32,837 nucleotides of DNA from a virus. Of the stretch, positions 23,973-32,023 are shown piece after piece (positions within the stretch are counted from its first letter, which is position 1; each line of letters starts with the position of its first letter). The stretch covers positions 1 through 32,837 of IMG/VR virus record IMGVR_UViG_3300024581_000808; one strand, given 5' to 3'. Below the pieces are notes generated by a model. It saw nothing but the letters and a program-made list of their open reading frames with translations. It ran no database searches and was not told the DNA's origin. Made by a program: the position numbers and the translations under genes.

Positions 23973-26063
23973 ATGATTAGTATTTTTAGAACTTGCAAAG
24001 AGAAAAACGCAAAACCTATTAGAAACTTATCTGAACATTCCTTTTTTGATGGAGTAAAAAATGGCCAATGGCAAGATGAGGTGTTAGATTACAGAACTGG
24101 TAAAGTAGAGAAAACAAGGTTAAACTGTTTAACACCATCGGGAGTATTCTCACAAAGAGAAATAAAAGGGTTAGTAGAACATTCTAACATAATTTGTTTA
24201 GATGTTGATGCAAAAGATCAAATAGCAGTTTTTGATATTGAAGAAATCAAACAAGACCCTTACGTTTATGTAGTTCACGAATCTTGCTCAGGTAATGGAG
24301 GATATGCTATTTATGTAAAGATTGATGGTAATAAACACTTAGAAGCATTTTTAGGATTAGAACACTACTTTTTTGTTAACTATTCAATAGTATTAGATAA
24401 AGCTTGTAAAGATGTATCACGTTTGAGATTTGTATCTTTTGACCCTTACTTGTTTCAAAATAATAAATCAAAGGTATTTAAAAAGTATTTAAAGAAGAAA
24501 GAAGTACAAGCAAGGCAACATAAAACTATAGTAGTTAAATCAGATTTTGATGAAATGGTTAACAAGGCAAGTACAATGAATTTATTTGATGATTATAATG
24601 ATTATATTTCATTATGTTTTGCTTTAGTTTCTGAATTTGGGGAGAGTGGTAGAAATTACTTTCACACGCTTTGCTCATCATCAAGTAAGTATAAGTATGA
24701 AGATTCAGATAAACACTTCACACAAGCTTTAAAACGTGAAAAAACAGGTATTACAATTTCAACTGTTTACTATAAATTTAAAGAAGCAGGTATTTCATTA
24801 ACATCTGAACGTACAGAGCAAATAAAATCTATTGCTAAGTTAGTTGAAAATCCATCTGAAGTATTAGAAGAGTTGAATATTAAAGATGATGAAAACTTAA
24901 TTGAAAAGTTTAAAGATAAATCTGATGAAGAAAAAACTGAGATTGATTTAATAATTGATTTAATTAAATTCTCTAAGGTTAAATTTAATGAAGTATCAAG
25001 AAACTTTGAATTTAATGGCGAAGAGATGAACGATAGATTATTAGCAAAGTTTTATACTCAGGTTTGGACTAAAATTGATGATGGAATTTCAAAAGATAAG
25101 ATATTTACATTAATACAAAATAGAGATAATTCTGAAAGTTATAATCCTATTCACGATTGGTTTAATAAAAATAAACATATCGAAGCTAAAGGTAATTTTG
25201 ATGAGTTAGTTAAATGTTTTAATATTGAATCTCACATTTATGAAGAGAATAAGGTTTATAACGTAACAGATTATTTAGATGTATATCTTAAAAAATGGTT
25301 ATTAGGTTTGATAGGTTCTGCTTTTGGTACTTATTCATTAATGATTTTAGTGTTAAGTGGGGAGCAAGGAATTAAGAAAACAGAGTTTTTTAGAAATTTA
25401 CTACCTAAAGATTTAAGAAAGTTTTATGCTGAATCTAATTTAGATGAGGGTAAAGATTCAGAAATATTAATGACTAAAAAATGGTTAATTATTGATGATG
25501 AATTTGGTGGTAAATCTAAAAAAGATGCAACAAAATTGAAACGTTTATCTTCACAGCAAAGTTTTTCTATTCGTATGCCTTATGGTAGGGTATCAGAAGA
25601 TTTAAACAGATTAGCAGTTTTAGGTGGTACTTCTAATGATTATGAGATTATTAATGACCCTACAGGTAACAGAAGGATTATTCCTGTTAACTTAATATCT
25701 TTTGACTTTGATAGATTTGATAAGATTAATAAAACTGAATTGTTTATCGAATTGTATAAGGAATGGGAACAAGATAAAAAAGGGTGGTTCTTAACAAAAG
25801 AAGAGATTGAGCATCTTAATATGGCTACTACAAAGAACGTTCAGGTAATGTCAGAAGTTGAGATTATTGATAGGAATTTAAGATATGACCCTTATTCAAA
25901 AATGACTAATACAGATATAAAATTAGAATTAGAAAAGTTGTTCCCAAGTTTAAGAACATCATCTAAAAGAATAGGTCAAGCTTTAAAGCTTTGTGGATAT
26001 GAACAAAAGATTAAGAAGATAGATGGTAAAACAACAAGATATTACGAATGTATTTTTAAATAA
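23973..26063 (+). CDS. VirE-like (P4-alpha-type) primase-helicase
   Basis: 696 aa. P-loop GEQGIKKT, Walker B LIIDDEFG, and an N-terminal primase-like region with LDVDAKD and SGNGGYAIYVKI, as in virulence-associated protein E family replicative proteins. Confidence 0.75.
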   Translation: MISIFRTCKEKNAKPIRNLSEHSFFDGVKNGQWQDEVLDYRTGKVEKTRLNCLTPSGVFSQREIKGLVEHSNIICLDVDAKDQIAVFDIEEIKQDPYVYVVHESCSGNGGYAIYVKIDGNKHLEAFLGLEHYFFVNYSIVLDKACKDVSRLRFVSFDPYLFQNNKSKVFKKYLKKKEVQARQHKTIVVKSDFDEMVNKASTMNLFDDYNDYISLCFALVSEFGESGRNYFHTLCSSSSKYKYEDSDKHFTQALKREKTGITISTVYYKFKEAGISLTSERTEQIKSIAKLVENPSEVLEELNIKDDENLIEKFKDKSDEEKTEIDLIIDLIKFSKVKFNEVSRNFEFNGEEMNDRLLAKFYTQVWTKIDDGISKDKIFTLIQNRDNSESYNPIHDWFNKNKHIEAKGNFDELVKCFNIESHIYEENKVYNVTDYLDVYLKKWLLGLIGSAFGTYSLMILVLSGEQGIKKTEFFRNLLPKDLRKFYAESNLDEGKDSEILMTKKWLIIDDEFGGKSKKDATKLKRLSSQQSFSIRMPYGRVSEDLNRLAVLGGTSNDYEIINDPTGNRRIIPVNLISFDFDRFDKINKTELFIELYKEWEQDKKGWFLTKEEIEHLNMATTKNVQVMSEVEIIDRNLRYDPYSKMTNTDIKLELEKLFPSLRTSSKRIGQALKLCGYEQKIKKIDGKTTRYYECIFK

Positions 26064-26068
26064 GAATT

Positions 26069-27565
26069 ATGTTAAGGGACTATCAAAAAGAAGCAATACA
26101 ACAGTTTGAAACATCTGAATCTAAAAACATACTTTTACAGATGCCAACTGGTGCAGGTAAAACTTTCACATTTTGCGAAGTAGCTAAAAGGTATAATCAA
26201 AAGAATAATAAGAAAGTATTAATATTAGTACACCGTACAGAATTATTAGAACAAGCTAAACGTTCTTTAGGTCAGAGATGTTTCGCAATAGAAAAAGGTG
26301 TTAAAAATATATCACACCATTATGATTTTTATGTTGGTATGGTTGAAACATTAAACCGTAGATTAGATAAAATACCTGCATTTGGTTTAGTTATTATTGA
26401 TGAAGCACACATAGGTAACTTTAAGAAGATGCCATTCTTTGCTGATTCAGAGATAAAAGTTTTAGGTGTTACTGCTACTCCTGTAGCTGAACAGCCTTTA
26501 GCTGATTATTATAATAGAATGTTAATGCCTGTAACCATTAATAAGTTGATTGAAGATAAATACTTATTGAATTGTCAAGTTTATGGTTTTGCATCTGATT
26601 TAGTAGCAACACAAAAATTTAAAGTTAAACGAGGGGATTTTGATGATAAGCAGTTAGAAGAGTTTTATTCATCTGAGAAGATGGTTAAAAATGTTATTAG
26701 AGCATATAACGAAAAGTTACATAATCAAAAGACATTAATATTTAATGTGAATGTAAAACACAATCAAGCTGTTTATAATGCTTTTAAAAGTCAAGGTTAT
26801 AATGTTTATTCATTAACTGGCGAAACACCAACGAATGAACGTAAAGATATACTTAAAAGATTTAAAGAAGAAGATAATGCAGTTCTTTGTAATGTAGGTG
26901 TATTAACAGCAGGATTTGATGAACCAAGTGTTAAGGGTGTTATATTGAATAGGGCTACAAAATCTTTAGCTTTATATCTTCAGATGATAGGTAGAGGTTC
27001 AAGATTATATCCAAACAAAGATAAGTTTATTGTTTTAGATTTAGGTAAGAATACAATAAGACATGGTTTTTACGATGGTTATTTTAATTGGAATAAGTAC
27101 TTTCTTAATGGTACTAAGAAGAAAAAAGGTACAGAGAAAGAAGGTGCAGCACCGATAAAAGAATGTCCTGATTGTGGGTTTACTTTACATAGCAGAAAAG
27201 TAAGTTGTGATAATTGTGGACACGACTTTGAAGAGGAACGTGAAAGACAAAAGAAAGAAGAACGTGAAGAGAAGTTATATCTTCTAACAAAAGAAAAACC
27301 TATCAATATTCCTTATGATAAGTTATATGAACTTGCTGAGAAAAGACAATGGAAACCTTATGCAATGTTACATAAGATACAGGAACATATTTTAAAGTAT
27401 CAAAAGAGATATGCTGATATAGTAGATGATGAATTTTGTGAAGCACAGGCATTAATAGAATTATCAAACTGGTGTATAAAACACAATAAGAAGAATAATA
27501 AATGGCACAAAGAATTAATGATTAAACAATTAAATGAAAAGAGAAATGCAGAAGTCAGAAAGTAA
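26069..27565 (+). CDS. SF2 DEAH-box helicase with a C-terminal zinc ribbon
   Basis: Motif I MPTGAGKT, motif II VIIDEAH, motif III VTATP, motif VI QMIGRGSR, then CPDCG...CDNCGH. Confidence 0.85.
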   Translation: MLRDYQKEAIQQFETSESKNILLQMPTGAGKTFTFCEVAKRYNQKNNKKVLILVHRTELLEQAKRSLGQRCFAIEKGVKNISHHYDFYVGMVETLNRRLDKIPAFGLVIIDEAHIGNFKKMPFFADSEIKVLGVTATPVAEQPLADYYNRMLMPVTINKLIEDKYLLNCQVYGFASDLVATQKFKVKRGDFDDKQLEEFYSSEKMVKNVIRAYNEKLHNQKTLIFNVNVKHNQAVYNAFKSQGYNVYSLTGETPTNERKDILKRFKEEDNAVLCNVGVLTAGFDEPSVKGVILNRATKSLALYLQMIGRGSRLYPNKDKFIVLDLGKNTIRHGFYDGYFNWNKYFLNGTKKKKGTEKEGAAPIKECPDCGFTLHSRKVSCDNCGHDFEEERERQKKEEREEKLYLLTKEKPINIPYDKLYELAEKRQWKPYAMLHKIQEHILKYQKRYADIVDDEFCEAQALIELSNWCIKHNKKNNKWHKELMIKQLNEKRNAEVRK

Positions 27566-27872
27566 GATACAACAAGAGATTGTAGTATGGTTTAGAAACA
27601 ATAACCTGAAAACAAATAACATTATTTTTAGTGTACCTAACGAGGGTAAAAGTGCAAAGGAGCAAATGTTTAAGAAAGCTACAGGTTTAATGTCAGGAGT
27701 TAGTGATTTGATATGTATTAATGATGGAGAGGTTATATTCGTTGAATGTAAAGATGCAAAAGGTAAGCAATCAGATAAACAAATTAAGTTTGAAGAGGTA
27801 GTAAAAACACAAGGTTATAGATATATTTTAGTAAGAAGTTTAGATGAATTTAAAAATAAATTAAAAAAATAG
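27534..27872 (+). CDS. VRR-NUC-type (PD-(D/E)xK) nuclease
   Basis: 112 aa with GVSDLICI ... VIFVECKDAKGKQSDKQ. Overlaps the helicase end by 32 nt; the ATG at 27546 is an alternative start. Confidence 0.65.
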   Translation: MKREMQKSESKIQQEIVVWFRNNNLKTNNIIFSVPNEGKSAKEQMFKKATGLMSGVSDLICINDGEVIFVECKDAKGKQSDKQIKFEEVVKTQGYRYILVRSLDEFKNKLKK

Positions 27873-27902
27873 TTGTAAATCAATTTATAATAACTATCTT
27901 TG
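27872..27902 (+). promoter_or_regulatory. Bacteroidota-type promoter (-33 TTG at 27873..27875, -7 TATCTTTG at 27895..27902)
   Basis: 19-nt spacer. Lies in the 44-nt gap before the recombination cassette. Confidence 0.6.
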
Positions 27903-27916
27903 ACAAAAAAACGATT

Positions 27917-28102
27917 ATGAACAAAACAAGATTAATTCAAGTAAAAGTAGATAAGGCTAACCAAAGCTTTATCAAGAAAGTTGAGCCTATTGCAAAGCTA
28001 AATGGCTACGAGTACAAACCTGAAAGAGTGAACTATTGCTTAACAATGTTAAGAGAATTACACGAAGCAGGTAAATTCGATTTAAAAGATTTTATTAAGT
28101 AA
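27917..28102 (+). CDS. Hypothetical protein (61 aa)
   Basis: First ORF after the 27872 promoter. Confidence 0.5.
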   Translation: MNKTRLIQVKVDKANQSFIKKVEPIAKLNGYEYKPERVNYCLTMLRELHEAGKFDLKDFIK

Positions 28103-28118
28103 CACAAAACAATTAATT

Positions 28119-28628
28119 ATGAAGATTTACAAAGCATTATCAGATTTTCAAAACGAAGTACCAGTAATACATAAAGGAACGCAAGGTTATGGTTATAGTT
28201 ATGCAGATTTACCTGCTATCTTTGAAGTTATCAATCCACTACTAAAGAAGCATGGTTTAGGATTCACTCAACCAATAATGGGAGATACAATCAAGACTAT
28301 TATCTTTCATACAGAAAGTGGCGAAACGATAGAATCATTAACACAGATTCCTCAAGGTGTAGCATTAAAAGGAATGAATGACTTTCAGGTATTAGGTTCA
28401 GCAATTACATACCTTAGAAGATACGCATTGAGCAGCGTGTTAGGTTTAGTAACAGATAAAGATACAGATGCAGGAGGTCAACAAGTATTAAAGAAAAAAG
28501 AGAAGATTACAAACGATAGATTTGAGAAAGCTTGTCAATTAATAGCAGATAAGAAGTACAGCATTGAATCATTAAAAGAATCTTTTGAACTAACAGAAAT
28601 ACAAGAAAAAGCATTATTAACACTTTAA
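28119..28628 (+). CDS. erf: ERF-family single-strand annealing recombinase
   Basis: YGYSYADLPAIFEVINPLLKKHGLGF and GSAITYLRRYALSSVLGLVTDKDTDA parallel the P22 Erf motifs (KYKYRSCEDILEGVKPLLKGL and TSSYARKYCLNGLFGIDD). Confidence 0.8.
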   Translation: MKIYKALSDFQNEVPVIHKGTQGYGYSYADLPAIFEVINPLLKKHGLGFTQPIMGDTIKTIIFHTESGETIESLTQIPQGVALKGMNDFQVLGSAITYLRRYALSSVLGLVTDKDTDAGGQQVLKKKEKITNDRFEKACQLIADKKYSIESLKESFELTEIQEKALLTL

Positions 28629-28640
28629 TAACAAATAATT

Positions 28641-29150
28641 ATGAATGAAAATTTAGACATCGACAGAGAAAGAGAAGAGTACGAGTACAACAACGTACAG
28701 CAATCACAGGACAGATTAGAAATAGTTAAATCTGTAGGTATGCCCAACGTAGTATCAATAATTGATGGTATAGTATCAGATGTAGAAGTAGGTAACATTA
28801 ACCCATTAGATGCTTTTGCTATCTTCAAAAAGATGGAGGCAATGTTTAACGAAGCTAAGAAGTCAATAGATAGTTTAGCAGTAGATGAAGCAGAAACATT
28901 TGGAGAGTCTACATTCACACATAATGGGCAAAAGTATGAGGTACGCAATGGTGCAACAAGATACTCATTCAAAGAGATTCCTGAATGGATAGAAGCTAAC
29001 AAAAATCTAAAGCAGATTGAAGAGAAGTACAAAACAGCTTACAAGAATAGACAAATGAATTTAAGTTCATTAGATGAAACAACAGGGGAGTTGTTACAAC
29101 TTCCAACAGTAACAAAAAGTAAATCAAGTTTAATAGTTAAAAATAAATAG
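28641..29150 (+). CDS. Hypothetical recombination-module protein (169 aa)
   Basis: Charged, helical plus-strand ORF, preferred over the antisense ORF 28625..29032. Confidence 0.55.
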   Translation: MNENLDIDREREEYEYNNVQQSQDRLEIVKSVGMPNVVSIIDGIVSDVEVGNINPLDAFAIFKKMEAMFNEAKKSIDSLAVDEAETFGESTFTHNGQKYEVRNGATRYSFKEIPEWIEANKNLKQIEEKYKTAYKNRQMNLSSLDETTGELLQLPTVTKSKSSLIVKNK

Positions 29151-29152
29151 TT

Positions 29153-29434
29153 ATGAGTGCAATTATCAATGCAAGTATCGACCTATCTAAAGTAGATAGT
29201 TCAAGAATCTTTGAAAAAGATGGGAGAAAGTGGTTAAGCCTTTCAATCAGTGTAAACGATGAAACTAACTACGGTAATAACGTAGGGATAGCTTTATCTC
29301 AAACTAAAGAAGAACGTGAAGCTAAACAGCCTAAAACGTATTTAGGTAATGGTAAAGTAGTATGGAACAATGGAACTATTGTGAACGCTACAAAAGATGC
29401 TCCAGTAGACACATCTAACGATTTACCTTTCTAA
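29153..29434 (+). CDS. Putative non-canonical ssDNA-binding protein (93 aa) with an SSB-like C-terminal tip
   Basis: Ends in TSNDLPF, compared with E. coli SSB DDDIPF. Short and beta-rich, located beside the ERF gene. Confidence 0.45.
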   Translation: MSAIINASIDLSKVDSSRIFEKDGRKWLSLSISVNDETNYGNNVGIALSQTKEEREAKQPKTYLGNGKVVWNNGTIVNATKDAPVDTSNDLPF

Positions 29435-29446
29435 TTATTAACTAAG

Positions 29447-29504
29447 CACCCTACTAAGATTAAATTAACATTTAATAAACATATGATAACGGTAGGGTGT
29501 TTTT
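29447..29504 (+). terminator. Terminator-like hairpin with an unusually large loop
   Basis: 8-bp stem CACCCTAC / GTAGGGTG around a 37-nt A/T-rich loop, followed by T5. Confidence 0.4.
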
Positions 29505-29516
29505 AACTTTAAACAA

Positions 29517-29627
29517 ATGAAAGCATTTTTAATATTTATAGCAGTAGCAGGAATAGTGAGTTTAGTAGCACCAATGGTGTACGGAATCATAGCAGGAATA
29601 ATAGACAGTTTAAACAAGAATAAATGA
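29517..29627 (+). CDS. Small membrane peptide (36 aa), below the ORF-track cutoff
   Basis: MKAFLIFIAVAGIVSLVAPMVYGIIAGIIDSLNKNK. ATGA overlap with ORF 29624. Confidence 0.5.
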   Translation: MKAFLIFIAVAGIVSLVAPMVYGIIAGIIDSLNKNK

Positions 29628-29998
29628 AAATAGGAGATAATATATTAATTACAGAATCAGCTTATGGAAGTGATTTACTAACTGTAGGTAAAGAATATGA
29701 AATATTAAATTTTGATTTTGATGGAGAACCAGTTGTAACTTTAGATGATGGTTACAAGATAGGATTATGCTTAAATCAAATAGAGTACATACTAAAACCA
29801 ACAGATAACAAACCAAAGCAATACCAAATAGGTATAGATACTTTTCAACGAGCAGAAGCTAATATGACTAAAGATGAAATCTTTGCTTGTGTAAGGTTTA
29901 ACATCGACAAATACAACTGGAGAAAGAAAGGACAAGACAGAGAAGATTTTGAAAAGATTATGGATTACGCTGCTTGGGCATTAAAACAAATGAAATGA
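29624..29998 (+). CDS. DUF3310-like protein with an N-terminal small beta domain (124 aa)
   Basis: The C-terminal IDTFQRAEANMTKDEIFACVRFNIDKYNWRKKGQDREDFEKIMDYAAWAL fits my recollection of the DUF3310 pattern. Confidence 0.5.
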   Translation: MKIGDNILITESAYGSDLLTVGKEYEILNFDFDGEPVVTLDDGYKIGLCLNQIEYILKPTDNKPKQYQIGIDTFQRAEANMTKDEIFACVRFNIDKYNWRKKGQDREDFEKIMDYAAWALKQMK

Positions 29999-30014
29999 AG
30001 ATATTAAATTTATA
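29984..30014 (+). repeat. 31-nt duplicated gene junction, copy 1 (aaacaaatgaaatgaagatattaaatttata)
   Basis: Identical to 30604..30634. Covers the last codons (KQMK, stop) of the upstream gene and the first 7 codons of the methyltransferase. Confidence 0.9.
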
Positions 30015-30618
30015 TAGTGGAATAGGTGGAAATAGAAAATTGTGGGGAGATGAACACGAAATAACATCTGTTGAATACAACGAAAGCATAGCAAATATTT
30101 ATAAGGATCTTTATCCTAATGACAAGGTAATAGTATCGGATGCACACGAATATTTACAGGAACATTTTAAAGAATTTGACTTTATTTGGAGTTCACCACC
30201 TTGTCCAACACATAGTAGAATGAGATTTAAAGCGTATTGTAATGGTAAGGGAAAAGCATTATTTCCTGATATGAAACTTTATGAAGAAATATTATTCTTG
30301 CAACAATACACAAAGAATACAAATATTAAATACGTTGTTGAGAATGTGAAAGGATGGTACAACCCTTTAGTAGAACCACAATCTATTGGTAGACATTACT
30401 TTTGGTCGAATTTAGAGTTACCACCTATTAAAATAGTTAGTAATTCAACAGGGAATAATAAAGGAATGACATTAAAGAAGAAAATGGATGCTAAAGGTGT
30501 TGATATTACTGATTGGCATAACTACAAAGGAGATAAAAGAACATTGCTAAATAATTGTGTTGAACCTAAACTTGGATTACATATTCTTAATTGTGCGATT
30601 AATAAACAAATGAAATGA
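29995..30618 (+). CDS. Short DNA (cytosine-5)-methyltransferase-like protein 1 (207 aa from the ATG at 29995)
   Basis: Motif I LNLYSGIGGN, motif IV FIWSSPPCPTHS, motif VI VVENVKG, and GRHYFWSN (motif VIII-like). Start chosen by analogy with the paralogue and the ATGA overlap; the ORF track begins at 29974. Confidence 0.7.
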   Translation: MKILNLYSGIGGNRKLWGDEHEITSVEYNESIANIYKDLYPNDKVIVSDAHEYLQEHFKEFDFIWSSPPCPTHSRMRFKAYCNGKGKALFPDMKLYEEILFLQQYTKNTNIKYVVENVKGWYNPLVEPQSIGRHYFWSNLELPPIKIVSNSTGNNKGMTLKKKMDAKGVDITDWHNYKGDKRTLLNNCVEPKLGLHILNCAINKQMK

Positions 30619-30634
30619 AGATATTAAATTTATA
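30604..30634 (+). repeat. 31-nt duplicated gene junction, copy 2
   Basis: Identical to 29984..30014. Confidence 0.9.
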
Positions 30635-31283
30635 CGCTTGTTTAGGTGGTAACCGATACAAGTGGGATGAAGTAGCAAAAGAAAAAGGAATTGAAATAGA
30701 AGTTACAGCAGTAGAGTTAGATGAAGAAGCTGCTAAATTATATCAAGAAAGATTCCCAAATGATAAAGTAATAGTGGCTGATGCACATCAATATTTATTA
30801 GACCATTATAAAGAATTTGATTTTATATGGTCAAGTCCACCTTGCCCAAGTCATTCACGAGCAAGATTTGCCCGTAGAAATACAACAACTGCTGTTTATC
30901 CTGATTTAAAATTATATGAAGAAGTGCTTTTTTTAGAAAATTATTTTGATGGTAAATATTGTGTTGAAAATGTCATCCCTTATTACGATCCTTTAATACC
31001 TGCACAAAAAAGAGGTCGTCATTTATACTGGACTAATTTTAACTTACCTACAGACTTAAACGAAAGAAAAAGTTCAATTATAGAGGGTAAAGATGAAGTA
31101 AATAAATTGTGTGAATTTCATGATTATGATTTCAGAAAGTACAAAGGTACTCAAAGGGTGGATAAAATGGCGAGAAACCTTGTAGATTACGAAGCTGGAA
31201 AAACAATATTTGAAACAGCATTAGGAATAGTTAAGAAGAAAGAAGTAAATCAAATAGATATTTTTGACATAATAGACAAGTAA
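30615..31283 (+). CDS. Short DNA (cytosine-5)-methyltransferase-like protein 2 (222 aa)
   Basis: Motif I LNLYACLGGN, motif IV FIWSSPPCPSHS, motif VI CVENV, and GRHLYWTN. Paralogous to ORF 29995..30618 along its whole length. Confidence 0.7.
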   Translation: MKILNLYACLGGNRYKWDEVAKEKGIEIEVTAVELDEEAAKLYQERFPNDKVIVADAHQYLLDHYKEFDFIWSSPPCPSHSRARFARRNTTTAVYPDLKLYEEVLFLENYFDGKYCVENVIPYYDPLIPAQKRGRHLYWTNFNLPTDLNERKSSIIEGKDEVNKLCEFHDYDFRKYKGTQRVDKMARNLVDYEAGKTIFETALGIVKKKEVNQIDIFDIIDK

Positions 31284-31284
31284 A

Positions 31285-31446
31285 ATGAAGAAAAGAGTTA
31301 AATACATACTAAACCACAAAACAACATACTTAGCATTTAAACATAATTACGAAGTAGAATCAGAAGATGAGAACTTTTACTACTTTAAGTTCGGAGATGA
31401 ACTAATAAAATATCCTAAATTTTATTTCATAGTGATTAACAACTAA
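31285..31446 (+). CDS. Small hypothetical protein (53 aa), below the ORF-track cutoff
   Basis: MKKRVKYILNHKTTYLAFKHNYEVESEDENFYYFKFGDELIKYPKFYFIVINN. Starts 1 nt after the upstream stop. Confidence 0.45.
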   Translation: MKKRVKYILNHKTTYLAFKHNYEVESEDENFYYFKFGDELIKYPKFYFIVINN

Positions 31447-31459
31447 TCAAAAAAATGAT

Positions 31460-31467
31460 TATATTTA
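31460..31467 (+). promoter_or_regulatory. Weak -7-like box TATATTTA upstream of the sigma-factor gene
   Basis: One mismatch to TAnnTTTG and no clear -33 element. Confidence 0.25.
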
Positions 31468-31492
31468 CGTCGTAACAATAAACGACAAAAAA

Positions 31493-32023
31493 GTGAGCCT
31501 ATTAGGAGAATTAAGTAAGTACCATAATGAATGGTTAACCATCGTTAAGTCTTTTGGAGAGAAGAATGAACACGAGGATATAGTTCAAGAGATGTACTTA
31601 AAATTAAACAAGTACACCAAGCTAGAAAACATACAACAAAATGGTAAATTAAATAAATCCTACGTTTGGCTCACTTTACGCAACCTATACTACAACAAAC
31701 AAAATCAATCAAACAAGGTTTATTATATAGATATAGAAGACTGTAGGTCGATATCTGCTGAAGATTACAACAAACTACACTTTGAATCACAATCAAAGAT
31801 AAGTGAACGTATTCAACAAGAGATAGACAGTTGGCACTATGCAGATAAGATCCTATTCGAAATATATCTAAAAGAGAAGAAGTCAATGCGACAACTTGCA
31901 AAAGAGATAGACATCAGTTTAACGACTGTATTCTGGACTATAAAAAGATGTAAGCAAAGACTATTTGAAAGCGTAGGAGAAGACTATGAAGATTATTTGA
32001 ATAACGATTACGAATTGATATGA
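31493..32023 (+). CDS. ECF-like sigma-70 family sigma factor (176 aa, GTG start)
   Basis: Region 2-like HEDIVQEMYLKL ... YVWLTLRNLYYNKQ and region 4 HTH KKSMRQLAKEIDISLTTVFWTIKRCKQRL. Confidence 0.7.
   Translation: MSLLGELSKYHNEWLTIVKSFGEKNEHEDIVQEMYLKLNKYTKLENIQQNGKLNKSYVWLTLRNLYYNKQNQSNKVYYIDIEDCRSISAEDYNKLHFESQSKISERIQQEIDSWHYADKILFEIYLKEKKSMRQLAKEIDISLTTVFWTIKRCKQRLFESVGEDYEDYLNNDYELI

Noticed and set aside
28625-29032. 135-aa minus-strand ORF, together with the other minus-strand ORFs in the track (2205..2411, 7307..7504, 7345..7593, 8269..8550, 8841..9083, 9204..9584, 9959..10216, 12935..13189, 14933..15133, 17330..17569, 19077..19316, 27079..27306, 31671..31901, 31938..32204)
   Set aside because: Each lies wholly inside or antisense to a better plus-strand gene. 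Their S/L/I/F/C-rich composition is typical of the antisense of A/G-rich coding sequence. None has promoter or terminator context, and the rest of the genome is strictly unidirectional.
29974-29994. Upstream start (MGIKTNE…) given by the ORF track for the first methyltransferase
   Set aside because: The paralogue begins MKILNLY at the identical 31-nt junction, and the ATG at 29995 forms the ATGA overlap with the upstream stop. The extra 7 codons overlap the DUF3310-like gene and are probably not translated.
31469-31487. Short hairpin GTCGT…ACGAC upstream of the sigma-factor gene
   Set aside because: Only a 5-bp stem with no U-tract, so it is indistinguishable from chance in this composition.
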